From Marsupella aquatica (Eukaryota > Plantae > Marchantiophyta), in NCBI GenBank assembly GCA_973895155.1, contig OZ316897.1, positions 10,625,832-10,689,831 on the forward strand: a stretch of 64,000 bases of DNA. Direction: 5' to 3'. The translations under genes and the position numbers were made by a program. A model generated the notes under the pieces. It saw nothing but the letters and a program-made list of their open reading frames with translations. It was not told the origin of the DNA and did no database searches. Shown here in pieces: positions 48,841 through 63,066 of this stretch (position 1 is the stretch's first letter; each line of letters begins with the position of its first letter).

Positions 48841-49740
48841 TAGCGGAGGTGTCTTTTGCTGTAGGTGTTCTGTTTGAGGAATGATGAGATGAACGAAGAT
48901 CACTGTTTGGCGATGTGAGCTGTTTGGGGATGGCTGTATATAATTTTCCACCTTTGGAAGGCCGTCAGCGGAGCCTCGGGCAGTGACGTATTGGTGCTGG
49001 AGGCACTCAAGGACTATCCTTTTCGACTCAGTTAGCTTCACTCGGTGCGTAGTCGAGTCGGAAGATGTACATATTGATTTGAGATCATGGTGTAAAGTTC
49101 TCTCTAAGTGCTGCATCAAGGGACAACATTGACGAATCTTCGGAAGGTGCACATTTTTTGATGAGATGTATAGTAGAACAAGAAGGGTACCCCAGAATGT
49201 GGCAGCAGCAGCAGTAGTAGCAGGCGATGATATCCCCACAGCCGAGCGCTTTGGAGCACTGGGGGAGATGGAGTCCGTGTCATGTTGGTCGAGATCGATT
49301 GACGCTTCGACGGATCTTGCTGACATGTCGGTTTGGAGCCCTGTAGTTAATATTTAACTCTGCGAAGGGCATGTCCCATGGATGGGAAAATAATTTGGAA
49401 GCTTAATCGAATCGTAAGTTAAGTTGTGTCAGTGACAAGGAGATATCTCCACCACAGAAATATTTAACGAATGGTGAAGCAAATGTACTTTAGTGCCTAC
49501 GGGAATTTCATTTTGCTGCCTGACAGTGGCCTGTACATACATTCTCTGCCTAATGAAGCTTGGGTCCAGCATCCATGAATTTGACGCGTCTGTCTTAGGA
49601 TCTCATGAATTCGTGGTCGCGTGGCATGAATTGTAGAAATTCTTCTGGGGCTTTTTGTGGATGCTACTATCTGGCAACTTTTGAAATGGATCTATGCATT
49701 CTAGGGAGCAAGTGAATTGAGACTCTATTTGTAAACGTTT

Positions 49741-49915
49741 GAATCTATCTGTCGTTTGGTTGCCCTTGTAACTATATTCCTGACCAAGAGCAGCTATGGT
49801 CGCTTGTTACTCCAGTTGGAAACGTTAGAATCTATCTGTCGCTTGTTGCCCTTGTAACTATATTCCTGACCAAGAGCAGCTATGGTCGCATGTTACTCCA
49901 GTTGTAAACGTTTGA
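49741..49915. repeat. Tandem duplication of about 87 bp
   Basis: GAATCTATCTGTCG...CCTGACCAAGAGCAGCTATGGTCGC...AAACGTT occurs twice. Confidence 0.88.
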
Positions 49916-51339
49916 ATTGGGGTTTGATTCTATCTGTCCCTTGTCGATCTAGTTGTGAACCTTTTCCATGGTGTCGTCTCCATGGTGTCGTCTGAAAGCT
50001 CCCGGTGGCTCCTATGGTATATTGCTGTGGCTGGAGTTTCTCCACTGAATTCCTACTTTTGGTTTGCGGTTTTAGTTTTCTCCTGGTGGCTCCTATGGTC
50101 TGTTGTTTTGAATTCCCACTTTTGGTTTGTGATTTCGGTTTTATTGGTGACTCTAGTTGCTCTTTTCCACTCCATACGGCGTGTGAAGAGGGGGCGGAGG
50201 GAGATTTCTTATAAATGATAATTGTAAGTGAAAATATGTTCTTCCGTTTGTGTTTTGGATTAACAGAGATGTGAATGGACCGTTATACGGACATGAGTGA
50301 TGTCTTTGTTTGTTTTCTACGGTTTTCTTGTTGACTGCATGTACAAAACAGCATTTAAATTTACATATGCTCATGCAGTCAATCCTTTGTGGCCCCACTG
50401 ATATACCTCCATTCGTTTTTCCTCTTAATCATTTCCCTGACAGTCTCAGACCTCCCGTTGATATATTCTTCTCCAAAGTATTTAGTATACGCTCACTCAT
50501 TTTCTACAACCAAATCAAGCTCAAGGTCCTTTGAGAATTAAAAGTCTCCAATACTTTATGACTGCTTCGTAATTGAAATGTACTAAGACGGTCACTGCCA
50601 ACAGCTCCCTGATCTCTCCGACCTTTCTTTAGCACTCCTTGGACAGCTTTTTCTTTCTCTGTTTCAGTCCTGGTTCTTTCGCTTCACTCCTTATGGGCTA
50701 ATTGACTTGCCCCTTGTTGGTGTGGTGGTCCTCTCGGGCGTATTTTTTTGGTTCCTTGTCAGTTAAAAAGGCAGGGTTTTGCCTCGCCCACGGGAGCAAT
50801 GCAGTCGCGCGGCTTGTTCCCTCCAGCTTACTTTTTGCTTTAAAGTAACGCCAGGTCTCTGCACGACGATTCCAGCCAATTCTTATTTGACATGCAGCCG
50901 ACAAGGCAATTCACAGGATAATGACTCAAGTGAAAACGTTTGTGATCCGTGTGTGTTTGTGTATTTTTGTCTGAGCATGCATCAACACCCTGACTATGAG
51001 AACCTGGAGCTATCTCACTGGTTAACAAATCAGGTTCTGTTCCAGCTGGTCTCCAAATTCGATCCACGTTGAAGCACCACAGGCCCTCAACAGTTTTGAG
51101 AACTATTTTCTCGCTCGAAGAAACTAGAAACTCTATTGGTACTGGCCGAGCCTCAATGGCCACCAAAATTGCACTAAGTTCACATTCCGCTAAGGTTGTT
51201 TAGTATGTACTTCGTCCTCGAGGGCCAAGCAGCTGTTACACTTCGGCCGAAATCTTGTCCCCCAAAAATTGCAACACCTATCCGCCAGAGGAGTCTGGTT
51301 TGGTAGATTTGACTAATCTTCATTTCTTTCTTTCTACCT

Positions 51340-54300
51340 CTCCCTACTTTCCCTACTTTCTTCTCAGCCTGTGTATTTTGAGCAGCGGTCTCCCACTGAT
51401 CATAGAGGGAGTCGCCGACAAGCAGAATGAGCTTGGCTCCAACCGCAATCGTCTTCCTCCGTCAACCACTGGGAAGCCGGGCATGCTCTATTCGACAAAT
51501 GATAGGGCCGATATCCTCTGGCATCCTCAGCAGGAGGAGGAACAGCTTGCGAGTCCAGCACAGTGCCTTCTGCTGCCATTTCCTTTTCCTTTCTGGACAT
51601 GGCTTCCTTCTCCTTCCGGCCCTTGCGTTCGTCTTGCCCTGCTTGGCCCAAGTCTTGGTGTGTGCCATGATCAATCCTGCCACTAAAATTGTTAGCAGGT
51701 ACGTCCCTTCACTCTATTCCTTCCTCTCAACTTTGAAGTTGAGGAATGATCCCAATTACCTCTGCAGATCAATGTCATCTGCTAGTCACGAAGCCTTAGG
51801 CTCCTTTTTATTGGCGCACAAAACTTGGGCCTCGAACCGGACCCATAATATCCCACGATCTGAGCTATTGCGTAAGCACTCAAATAAGTCGACTGTGGAT
51901 GCTGAGCCAACGTCATGTCTGACTGTGACTTGCTTGAGAATGGTAGGGCTAAAGGTCAAAACAGAAAAATAACTAGGGGTGGCACCAAGGCTGCCCAGAA
52001 TTGGAGATCAGGCACTCTCAAAAGAAGGTCATTGGTTGAAACAGGAATGCTAAGGAAAGGACAATTAAATCGAGGAGAAAAACAGTATCATTTTCATGTA
52101 GAGATGCAGACAACATCAAGTACATGATTTGTCTTCCGAATGCGATAACCTCAATCATACCAAAATTTTAAAAACGACACAGGAGTTCGCAAATACCAGG
52201 GTGGAGACTCTTACGACATTGTTGTAGGAGCTTGAACCAAGTATATTTTCCAGAAATTCATGCTGATAATGCTCCATGGACTTGCATAGACTTTCCACCA
52301 TGTTTTGTTCCTGTGTCACCATTTCTTGCACTGTCCCTGAAATATACCCAGCAACTCAAATTAGAGCTGAATAGAGCCCTCAAAGTTTGATCCAATGCAT
52401 TTTCCGTGCAATGACCCTTTTCAACACGCACAAAGCTCAAATGACAAAAGGTTCGAATTCCCACCAAATTTGCCCTTGTACACGATGGCATTGTATTTGA
52501 AATACAGTAGTTAGTTCACATGAAAACAGTATCCGGATCATCTTACATATGTCCAGCAAGGAACGTACATAAGCAAAAATATGCAACTGTGAACAAATCG
52601 CTAATTGTCAACTGTCCAACTGTTCTCCAGCGATACTGCAGATGCAGCCATCTATTACCTTGCTTAGATTTGTCTGATAATCGCAAATATAAGTCTTCTC
52701 TCTTATCCGGCTTCCTTGTCACCTGCCTTGAAAGGAACTCATCACACACGGCAATTTTTCCAACCTTCTCCTGTACTTCAAACATTTCTTCAGGGTACTC
52801 ATCTTGATCTTCTTCTAAACGAGCAAGACCCTTAAGGGACTTGTCGAGCTCCTCAGACTTTCCATTCAGAGGCTGTACACAAATGTAACCCAGAACCAGC
52901 CCGTTAGCTTGTTTGTAAAAATACACCCTGGTGGCGGTTGTTAAGCCCAGTAAATGTGGTCTTGCTTTCTGTAATGGTCAACAAGATGTTTCTGGATGCT
53001 TAAGGATCCTACTCCGACTCCCAGGGAGTTTCATGCAGGACAAGTAAAGGAGAAATGCTAGGGATGAATCTTCACAATCGACTATCATGCAGTCTCGTAC
53101 GGAGAAACAAAGTTAGAAAACTCATCTGCTCATGCAGGCATACCTCCAATGACTCTTTCTAAGCCCCCACTCTTGCTTCCTCTCCTATCGTCCACAGGAA
53201 ATGCCTGTACGCACCTTGCTCCAGGGTTTTTACAGCTATGAAATTCAACTCAGAATAACGTCAACCCTAAAGCCAGTTCATCGATAGTTCAGTAGAACAG
53301 TAAAAAATAACGAAACTTCAATACTTCTTTGCACCACCTCAGAAGCCGCGTGGACACCGCTTCGGTTACAGAACCCAGAGAGATTGTTATGAACGATGCT
53401 CATATTGCTATCTTGCACTAAACGTGGAATCCATACGCAGGAATGGTGAATTTGGTTTCTACCTTCTACCTTTATGTCCTAAACCTACTAAAGAGTAGTG
53501 CCCAAATGTTCCCTTCTGTCTTCGAAACCAATCTTTGAAGGCGCAGCTGTCGTCTATCCGTTAACACAAACGTTTCCCTCTCCAAGGTCTCAAAGGTCAT
53601 GAAATTTAGTACTTTGCCCTCTTTTCAACTTCCCACCGTGCTCTCAAGGAGCTTCCATGACTCAATCCCCTAACTAGTTTTGTCCACTTTAGCCGTCTGA
53701 AAATCATTCACATTGTTACCCGCAGCTCAATTTGTCTAAACAACTACACAGCGATAGAGCTGCAAGTATTAGTCTTAGAAGGAAAAGAGGAACATAATGA
53801 CAGTTGATAGACATGGAAGCGATGGGTCCGGAGCACGATCAAAAACCTGATTCCAGAGTACAGAAGGAAAATACTACTGCAACCTGAGTACCCCTACCGC
53901 ACCCAGCTCACCTACCTGAAACATTTCAGTGTGGCTTCCCGGGACCTTGCCCAGGTCGTCGTGCTCAGGCATGGACAACTCTTCGATATTCTTCCCACAG
54001 TCACCTGGAGTCGTGGTTTCTGAATGCCGTTGCGCATCGACGACGCGATTGAGGTCAGACTTCTGGGCGTGATAAGTATGACTCTCGCCCTGTTCCAATT
54101 TGCGGGAGAGCTCTTTCACTTCCTGAGTCTTTTTCTCTAGCTCTCTGCACTTCTTCAATAATTCAATTACGTAGTGGTTCCCAAGCAATCTGAAGCTCTC
54201 TATCAATTTATGCACCTCCGCTACAAGTTTCGAAGTACTACTAGGGCCACCCCCTACTTCAAGGAGTATCTGCCTGAGTCCTTTGATGCATGCCGTAACG

Positions 54301-54386
54301 GCCTTGCATTGGGTTTCAAACATATCATTGTCCATTCGATTCCGAACTTCTTTTTTGAACCCTCCTTCACCCCTTACTGAATCCAA
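51340..54386 (-). pseudogene. Degenerate multi-exon gene remnant of unknown family (coiled-coil N-terminus)
   Basis: Protein-like minus-strand blocks (54386-53917, about 53695-53465, 53235-53145, 52926-52659, 52340-52215, 51685-51350). Several end in GT donors and several contain stops. Confidence 0.4.
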
Positions 54387-54414
54387 ACCAATAATCGGAC
54401 TGAAATCCCGTCCC

Positions 54415-54745
54415 TACGAAATTCCGCGTATACACACTCCAGCGTCCCTCTACTTCAACTCAGATCAGAAGAAGCTTTTCCCACCACCGAAATTCAGCGT
54501 TTATAGTCTCCACTCTCCAGCTTCCACCTACGTCAACCCACAGCAGAGGAAGCTTTTCCCAAGAACGAAGCTCTGCTCTCCAGTTTCCACCTACGTCAAT
54601 CAACCCAGATCATAACAAGCTTTTTTCCAAGAACGAAATTCCTCGTTTATACACTCCAGCGTGCCCAGATCAGACGAAGCTTTTCCCAAGAACGAAATTC
54701 CGCGCTTACAAACTCCAGAGTCCAAGTACGTCAACCCATGTCAGA
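54415..54745. repeat. Diverged tandem repeat, about 60-80 bp, about 5 copies
   Basis: GAAGCTTTTCCCA...CGAAATTCC...CACTCCAG recurs immediately upstream of the minus-strand remnant. Confidence 0.75.
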
Positions 54746-57100
54746 CGAGGCCTTTTCCCCCCTGAAACAACCCAGGATCTTTTCTACCTTTTTTTCTCAG
54801 GAGATCTTTAGAGCCCTCCACCCCTCCTTCGAGGTATTGTACGACTAGCCTGAGGATCTTTTGTACCTTCTTTCTGAGGACATCTTTAGAGCTCTCCACC
54901 CAGTTTTCGAAATGGAGAACTATGGTATTTCCGGTTATATTTGCCACATCCCATTTTTTTGTTCACCCTCCCTTTGTTTTTTAGAGTCTAGCATAGTCTT
55001 TATGTGGAGTTACTGGCCTCACTCTAGACCATAGCCCTTGAAAGTAGCTTATGTTCACAATGTATTAGTAAGATGCAAGCAAACAAGAATTTTGAGAGCA
55101 AGGAGAGTGTTGTTATCCAGTCACGAGTGGTTTTAATTTTATTTTTGCTGCCATTTATATTTTTAAAGTTTTTTTAAAGACTCCAGATGCTTAGGGAGTT
55201 TGCTGGCCAAATGAGGAGTCACAGAAATGGATGTTACCAACCAGGTTGCTGTTAAGGATGCAGTTGCTTATAGAAAAAAGGGGTCACTAAGTAAAACTTT
55301 TGCTCTTGCAAGGATTTTTTTACTGTTTACTCACACACTCCAATTGTATGACAGGTTGACTGACTGACTGGGGTCAGCATAATTCTTTAAGCTTTTCTTT
55401 TCTTTCTAGCCAGGGCTTGGAGGTTTCACTTCCACCAAGTTGGCACATCACACACAAAGAACATTGTCATTTTATTGGTTCTAAGAGAAGAATTAGAATT
55501 TTTGTGGAAGAACAATTTTTGTGGAAGAACATTAGGGTCTTTGTAACCAAAATTTTGGAATAGTTTAAAATTATTCCAACTTTATAGGGGTAAAAGAATT
55601 TATAAAAATTCTTACATTTTTTAGGGGGTCTAAGGCTTACATGTCGCAGGTGATGGGGGGCCCCTATATAGTGAGATCCCCAAGATCCAGGGCGGCGATG
55701 ACTTGTGAAATGAACTGTAAATACAGGTTACCTGTTTCCCTCATTTCAAACAAACCCAAGAAAGTGTCTTGCAATAAACTCTCAACACCTAAGTGTGGCT
55801 TTAGAAGATGTCTATAGCTGCTTCTTTTTACTACCTCAACAATTCAATGAGCGGAAATGGCTCCAAGTACCTTTACAAGTAGAGGGCCCAAATAAATTGT
55901 GATGTGCATGTTTATTTTGTCTAAAACTGTAGACCACCTTCACAAATTTTGGCTCCTTCATTCAAGGGATTGGCTTTTATTGAACTTATTTTCAAAAGCT
56001 TTTGGGTGTGGAGTTTGTTGTTAATAGAACAGAAAGTGACCCTCTGATTTGCTTTGGTAGAAAAAGCTGCAAGTACCCTGACTTCTTGTAAAGGCACCCT
56101 CACAATGTCATAGAAGCTATTCTTAATTAGTCTGTCCTGGTTGTGTGGCTTCTATCTACAGTCCCGGGATCGAGCATCATTCATATTCAATTGTGGTGCC
56201 CTCCCCTCAACAACAAGTTCCTCTCTTTTGGTTCCACCTTTAACATTCTGAAATCTTAGGGCTATCTTGCATGTGCAACTGCCCTGATATTTGACTGAAC
56301 AATTTGAAGTCCTAGCATTGGTACCTCGTTGTATACTGTGTGTATCGAGGGGCAGGATCTGTCCATTACGGCCAGATTGAAGAACACACAGGGTAAAACA
56401 AGCAGAACAGTAAGGCATATAGCATGAGGGAGGGCGGTGGACTTGACTCGATAGCCGTCGAGGGAGGAAGAAAGATTTATTCAGCCTCCTTTGATCACGG
56501 GCATGGATATTTAGTGAGTAGCTCAGTGATCTGGATTAGTTTCAATTCGAGAGGTCTTTTCAACCTCGTACAGATCCCAAAGCAGCACGATTAAGTCTAA
56601 TACGTTAAGGTGTGGCGGCTCTTCACTCTGGGGGTCTTGAGTTCTTCTCAAAACTAGTGGTGCGGAGTCACATTCCATGAGCTTGTGCAAGGTACTATGA
56701 GTGTAGATCCCCCACAAGTTGAAGAAATCGGGAAAGATTTAAGGAGACTCGAACACTCATCTGTGAAGTTTTCAAAGGGAAGTGAAGAGATGCTTGCAAA
56801 ATCCAAGTTTACTTGCTCCAGAGAGTCTGGATGGTACTTACTGGTGGTGAAACCGAATATCAGCAAGTGCTGTGCAGTCTGATCTAATTTTGATCATAAA
56901 CAGATACAAGTCAATGATTATACATTCAGAGAAAGACATATAATCCGAATGGGACCAGGAGAAGAAAATACACGATGGAAAGCTGGTACCTCAAAGGGGC
57001 GAAAATGGGGAATTTGACAAGTTCTAGGAGAAAGTACACATCTGGGCGTTTTTTTATTCATCCAATCCAATTACCGAATCAACTCGATGACGTGTTGAGC

Positions 57101-60100
57101 CTATGTGGCAGTTGCAGTTATAGTGGCATGCCGAGGAGATGTTAGACTTGATGTGATGTTAGTGAAACCGTTCCTTTGCAGCTCAGCTTTGAGATCCAGT
57201 GTGAAATACTCATCTAACCAAGGCTCGGTTAATTTCATCATGACAAAAAGAGCTGGTGTCAAATCCTGTCAAAACGAGCCAGAGGCAACTAGAGCGGCTT
57301 AGAATTGGCAGTTGAGACTTCCGCAAATCTAACAAAACTAATTGAAAAATTTGACCATTATGTCGTAGAAATTAGTTTCCAAATTGGGAAGGGGGCCGAG
57401 CTTTGTCTTACCAGCACGCAGGTAGAACGTAGAAATTAAAAAGAAACAGGATACAATCTTCACAATGAGACGACAGTAATACTAAATTTTGGGAACAAAA
57501 ATCCAAGCTCACCTGAATAACCTTGCTTTCAGGCTGCAAGAACAATCAAATAAAACTCCAAATTAAGATTCTTCGCTAAGCTTCACAATTGCTCCGAAGG
57601 AGAGCGACATGCATACAAGATCGCAGAACTGCCCACTAGACAGCACTAAAGAATCAACAGGCCCAGTTGTGAAAAATGGGGGCAAAGCTATACAACAGTC
57701 CGCATGCCCAATCTTATCTTCAAATTAGGCTCAAAGCTCATCAGTGCGGTATCTCAGTTGCTATATAATTATAGAACAGAACCGGGACCAATTTTTCTTA
57801 GTACAGGTAATACAACCTAAGGACATAGTAGACACCCCTTGACAGACAGACTAGAGATACGTACAGAAGTGTCCATTACAGCGATTGTGCCTCCAGGTTT
57901 CATGAGACGGCGAGCCTCCCTCAGAAAATTTCTACTCGCATATTGTGGTACCTCGTGATGCTTTACATATAGTTACCAACACATATAGTTAATACCGCTC
58001 CAAAACGTCGACATGGAACTCTTTTAACAACTACAGTAGCTCCGAGTTTTTCTTGCCATAGCATGCGTTAACAAACCAACACCCCTTACGTCTTCCAAAC
58101 AATCAAACGTCATTGATTGTTCTCTAATCCTTCACTGCAACATCTGTGAGTTAAATCTCCAGTTCTACAAATATACTTTCCTTATCAAAATCCCATGCTC
58201 CGAAAGATTCCAAACAACTAGTAAGCAAAGTTTGCTAATAGTGGGGATTCAGTCAGGGACTCACCACAAAAGCATAAGATATGATGTCAAAAGACTCCGA
58301 CGGTAATCCCGTCTCTTCTCCATTCGCATGCAGATATTCGATACTTCGATTCGTTGGTGAAGTCGTGGCCTCCTTTTTTTGAGTGTGTTGGGCTACAGCC
58401 AGATAATAGGGAGACAGGTCCAACCCCTGTCTCACATACAAATGACAAGATGTATCGTGCTTCAGCAGCCACTCACAAGGAACTGAGATCGAAGAAGTTT
58501 CACTTGTCAATTGATTCCGCAAGTCAAGGTTTCCAAAGCTTCTATAGCCAAACGCCTTCACGAGAATTCAAATAGGACCTTATGGCATATATGTACCCAT
58601 TGTCATTATTTCAAGTTTCACATGTTTAATTCCCAAAGACAAGCTCTAGAACTCAAACACGGAATTTTGGCTACAATTCTTCCTCCGATCATGATTTCGA
58701 ATGCTTCAACGGCCTAATGCGAGGGCTAGAATGCACTGGACTTTAAAATAGCTCCCAAAAGAAGATGTTGAGAATCTATTTCCCATGGAGTGCACACTAC
58801 CAGACTGCAAAGGCTGCAGTGGAGTAATAGTCTGGTAGATGCTTGATGCGTCTTTGGCAAGGGATGTGCAAAACGGTGACCAAAATCTGTAACAACTGAA
58901 GCAAAAGTCAGTAAAGGTTAGTACTTACTGTGACTCGTGCCACGGGAAAGTGGTCACGAAGGTATCGGGCACTGATGCCTATGGAACACCCGATGTCAAG
59001 AATGGCGCTAGCTTGAAGGCCGTTGGAGAATTTTGTGTGATGCGCCTCTATCTCTTTCAACCATCTGAAACGGAGAGTTCTCTCGGCCAACTGCGGTGAA
59101 TCAATATGTGCGAACGCTCGCTTCATAACAACTTTCGTTGCTGGCTCTGCGTCAAAGGCCGCCTGCGTATAATAACTACATCAGAGTCATTCTGATGTAA
59201 CTTAGTTTACTTAGCTATTAAACGCGTGAAGTTGAACAATTAACGTCAAACCTTTTAATCTCAGTACCCATTTCGGGTATTTGACTTCCCATCACGTTGC
59301 TTCAATGTTAGTACTTCAATTCTATGGGAGGCCGCTGATTGACTTCGCCAAGACATAGAGACGCAAGGTGCATATTCTCTAGGCCCACCCAACGCGGGGG
59401 CGCCAACACAGAAGGGATTAAAACCACTGACAGGAAAATCATGTACCCCTACGTTGCTTGAGAGGCTATCACTACCGATCACGAAAGACGGCAGTTCAAC
59501 ACCTGGCCTACTGAACTAAGTACCAACATGTATTGTGTTCCGGAACGACCCGTGACGTGATCACAATCATGCAATCACAGTGAACCTGTGTGTTTGCTTT
59601 GATACGAGTCGTCTTCCGTTGAAAATGCATACATGAAAAACTATCGTTGTTTTTCCTTCAAGACCTATCGTCAGTTGAGAATATGCAAATGGAAAGGAAA
59701 CATCTAATGTGTGTTTACTACCAAAGAGTGCTGCGGTCAGTTGAAAGAATTACTCGCAGTATTATATCGGATGCGTTTGTTTGACTTCATATGGACACGT
59801 CAAGTTGAATGTAGTACCTCCCAAGACAAGTTGCCATCTTCGTATGAATGAAACGCTTTCATATAATCTACGCATCAAGGAGAAGACGACGGCGATGCAG
59901 AAACACGGCATTAATCATTGTTTGACGAATGGGAACAAATTTTAGCTTCTCAACACTAGTCTGCCACCGAAAGCCTTTAGATGCATTCATCGTTGCTACA
60001 ACTGCTATCGTTTCAAATCTGAACGACCCCTTATGTGGCCCTCTTTTTGACCTTAACCAGCAATCCCAGAAGGTGATGCTATTGTGTTTGTAAGAAAACC

Positions 60101-61535
60101 ACGCCCAATGTACACCAAGACATTTATAGCAAGAGATATTACATAGCTGGCTGCAGAAAAGAATTCGAAGCCGTTTTCCTATCCACTGCTTCACTACTCA
60201 GGACATTGTGTGTCGGGCTTACAGTCAGGATAGATTAAGTTGACGTTCTCCACGAGGTCTTTTTCAGCATACACATCCGATTCCTTTAGCTCCTTCACCA
60301 TTTTCTGCCAAGGCACGCCGGTCTTTTCTGCCGTCCTGCCCCAAAATATCAAGAGACATTTCAGCTGCCCAAGAACAAGAACATTGACTCTTGCAGTCAC
60401 CTTTACATATCATGGCAAGATCGAATAATCACCCTGTGAAAGATATAGTAGCTTCCTTAACTGCACCTTATCAACTGTATTATATGACGGCAGCTTTATT
60501 GAACGAATAAAAGAGATATCCTTGCGGTAAAGTCATTTCGCATTAAGTGTGGCATTCGTATATATGCATTTCGATCATTCCTTCAATGGTCATGGTGTTA
60601 ATTATCTAGCATTTCCTTTCGGGCCAAACACTCTCAACTTTTCTAGGAAATAAAATCCCCAGGGCAGCGTTCTCCTCATCAAATGGAAAAAATTAAAACT
60701 AGTCAAGACAGTGGCATCAATTCAATAACATTCAGGAAAGTTTTCGTTTGAATTGCCAATTCTGGAATATATCATCCACAATTTGGTTTGAAAGTCTTTT
60801 GTGCCTACAATGCAGGCAGTGATACTTCCCAGGAAATATCCAGCAGATCAATTATCCCTATCGACATTGTATCAATTGTGAGCACTCTCTGGCGTCTGAG
60901 ACATTAAAAAACTTCAGTCACACAAAAGGCGGAAATAAGTCTAGAGACTCCCCTTCGGCTCAAAAGAACAGAAGACACAAATCAAGGATGAAAGGCAAAT
61001 GTAGGACCAATATTAGCGGTGTCACACTAGAAAAGGCAAGTAATCATGCTAAGGACGATTCTACAGGACTCTCCTGATCATGACTTTGCTACGGTTACAT
61101 TTAAGTAGCAATTCATTGAATCATCACACTTTACTGTGGAAGATGATGATAATGGCCAGTAGAAATGAGTAGAGAGACAAGGGTTAGGAGTCGGAAAATT
61201 GGTCTCCTACAAGAAGGATAATCATGCTGAGGAAGCTTTCACAGTAGTCACCTGATCATCATTTTTTGAGCGAAAAACTTTAGCGATTTGTACACCGGCT
61301 TGATGGAAATCAGTGTGGTCACAACGCGAGCCAAAGGGTCGTCCCCGGCCCAGCGCGCTTTCCTCTGTCCCTTCTCATACTCAGTCTGCTCGACTGTGCT
61401 TGAGCTCGCCGCAGCCAAACTCCTCACTCTCACGATTGCTGCTCTTCGTGTCGTTGCATCAGGACAACATTTCCAACGCCCCGCGACGTCCAATGGTGCG
61501 CCGCGGAAAAAACAGACGCCCGCCACGGCTGCCAT
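57101..61535 (-). CDS. Plastid-targeted class I SAM-dependent methyltransferase (Methyltransf_11/UbiE-like fold), 374 aa
   Basis: Exons 61535-61252, 60335-60223, 59867-59818, 59162-58929, 58426-58265, 57960-57865, 57533-57513 and 57265-57101, all GT-AG and in frame. Motifs YPDYYMKAFHSYEDGNL, ILDIGCSIG, GLDLSPY, SFDII, HEVP and MKPGGTI. Confidence 0.9.
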
Positions 61536-61829
61536 CACTAGCTTCAATTCGAACGATTGGAAATCGTGCCCGAGACGAGAACCTCACTTGAATTGCAGGA
61601 TCGTGAATCTCGCTACGCCATGTCTTCACTATCCAGATCTAAATTCAACCGATTGATCCAAAGTCGTTTCCAAATAGTGTGCCTCGTTCTTGGCTGGATT
61701 GCAGCATTGAGATTCTCGTTTATGTCAATCCCAGTGCTACATGCTCTACCACATTCATCTCGGCTATGGCGGTCCCCTTTGATGATCTCTGTAACAGGAT
61801 TGCCTTTACAGTACTCTGCTGCTTACCGT

Positions 61830-61990
61830 GTCCGAGTGCATGACTTTATAAGTGCATCGACGGTCTACCGAGTCTAAGTGCATGATTTTATAAGTGCACC
61901 TACGGTCTACCTAGTCTAAGTGCATCACTTTCTAACTGCAGTATAGTGTTCTGTATCTAAGTGCATGACTTTCTAACTGCATCTATGGTC
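61830..61990. repeat. Tandem repeat of about 40 bp, about 4 copies, upstream of the methyltransferase
   Basis: TCTAAGTGCATGA(C/T)TTT(A/C)TAA(G/C)TGCA recurs. Confidence 0.75.
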
Positions 61991-62943
61991 ATGGTCACAC
62001 ACCAAAAATGCTCTATGGAATGTGTCTGCCCCCTTGGTGCCCATTTAAAACTTGTCGGTGCCCTATTGACCCATGGGAGTGTGTTGAAACCAGTCTCAAA
62101 CCAAAAGCCCTTGGATTAAGTTTTGCCCAAAATTTGGGATCGGGTTTGGGTCATGGATGTTAATTTCTCACAGCAACTGACTGAAAAAAGGGGAAACAAC
62201 ATTTTTGAGACACCTTGTTAGGTCAACTCAAAGTACTAAGGTTCACATTCCATAAGTCCTGTGTGATGAGTTTATGACCACAAGTCTTACTGACTCACAA
62301 AGTCACAAGTTCATGTTCCATAACTTTTGGCCATAAGCCCTGGCTGTAAGGGGAGGCCTTTAACCATGCTCTCTGCCCAAGACAAGAAAAATTTGAATTG
62401 AATTGAATTTCAATGTGAAAAAAGTTAACATCAAGTGCTGTGGCCTAAGGCTATTGAACCAAAGCATTTTGGTCCTTGTGAAACCTCAAAGAATTTTGTC
62501 ATAGAAATTTTATGAAATATTATGAGCATCCTGGGTAGCATTGACTTTTCAGTGTATGCATTATTAGGAAAAATAAAAATCAAAACATTAGTCATATTTT
62601 GTGATTTCCTGAAATTAAAAATAATTCACGTCTCAGTGCTGGTCCTAGGCTATCAAGGATGACACTACAGTAGCCACAATCTGGCTGGGCTTCTTAAAGC
62701 TACCAAGATCTAAGGGGACAACAAGAAATGTACCAATCAAGCTTATAAAGCGCAATCAAAAGCTATTCTCTGGGCCTACCTTCGTCTAAATGGGGGCATA
62801 AGTGAAAGTGAGGGTGAAAGTGAGGGTGACAAAATACAGGGATGGGGGCAAAGATGGAGAGTAAATACCATGGGATCCTTTTCTTGTGCAACTTTAGTTT
62901 CTCTCCTATCTCTATATACTTTCAGGTTTGTTTTAGAATAGGA

Positions 62944-63066
62944 TAATGTCCTGGTTAGAGGGCATTGTCGGATATAATGCCCTGAAAAAAGAGGGCAGTA
63001 GCCCGAGTTTTGAGGGCATTATTTCCATAATGCCCATAACTAAATAATGCCCATAACTAGGACATT
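62944..63066. repeat. Short foldback (MITE-like relic)
   Basis: AATGTCCTGGTTAGAGGGCATT is inversely matched by AATGCCCATAACTAGGACATT, with internal GGGCATT/AATGCCC repeats. Confidence 0.5.

Noticed and set aside
48679-49326. 215-aa antisense ORF overlapping J20
   Set aside because: No recognisable motif. Likely a shadow of the GC-rich CDS and 3' UTR.
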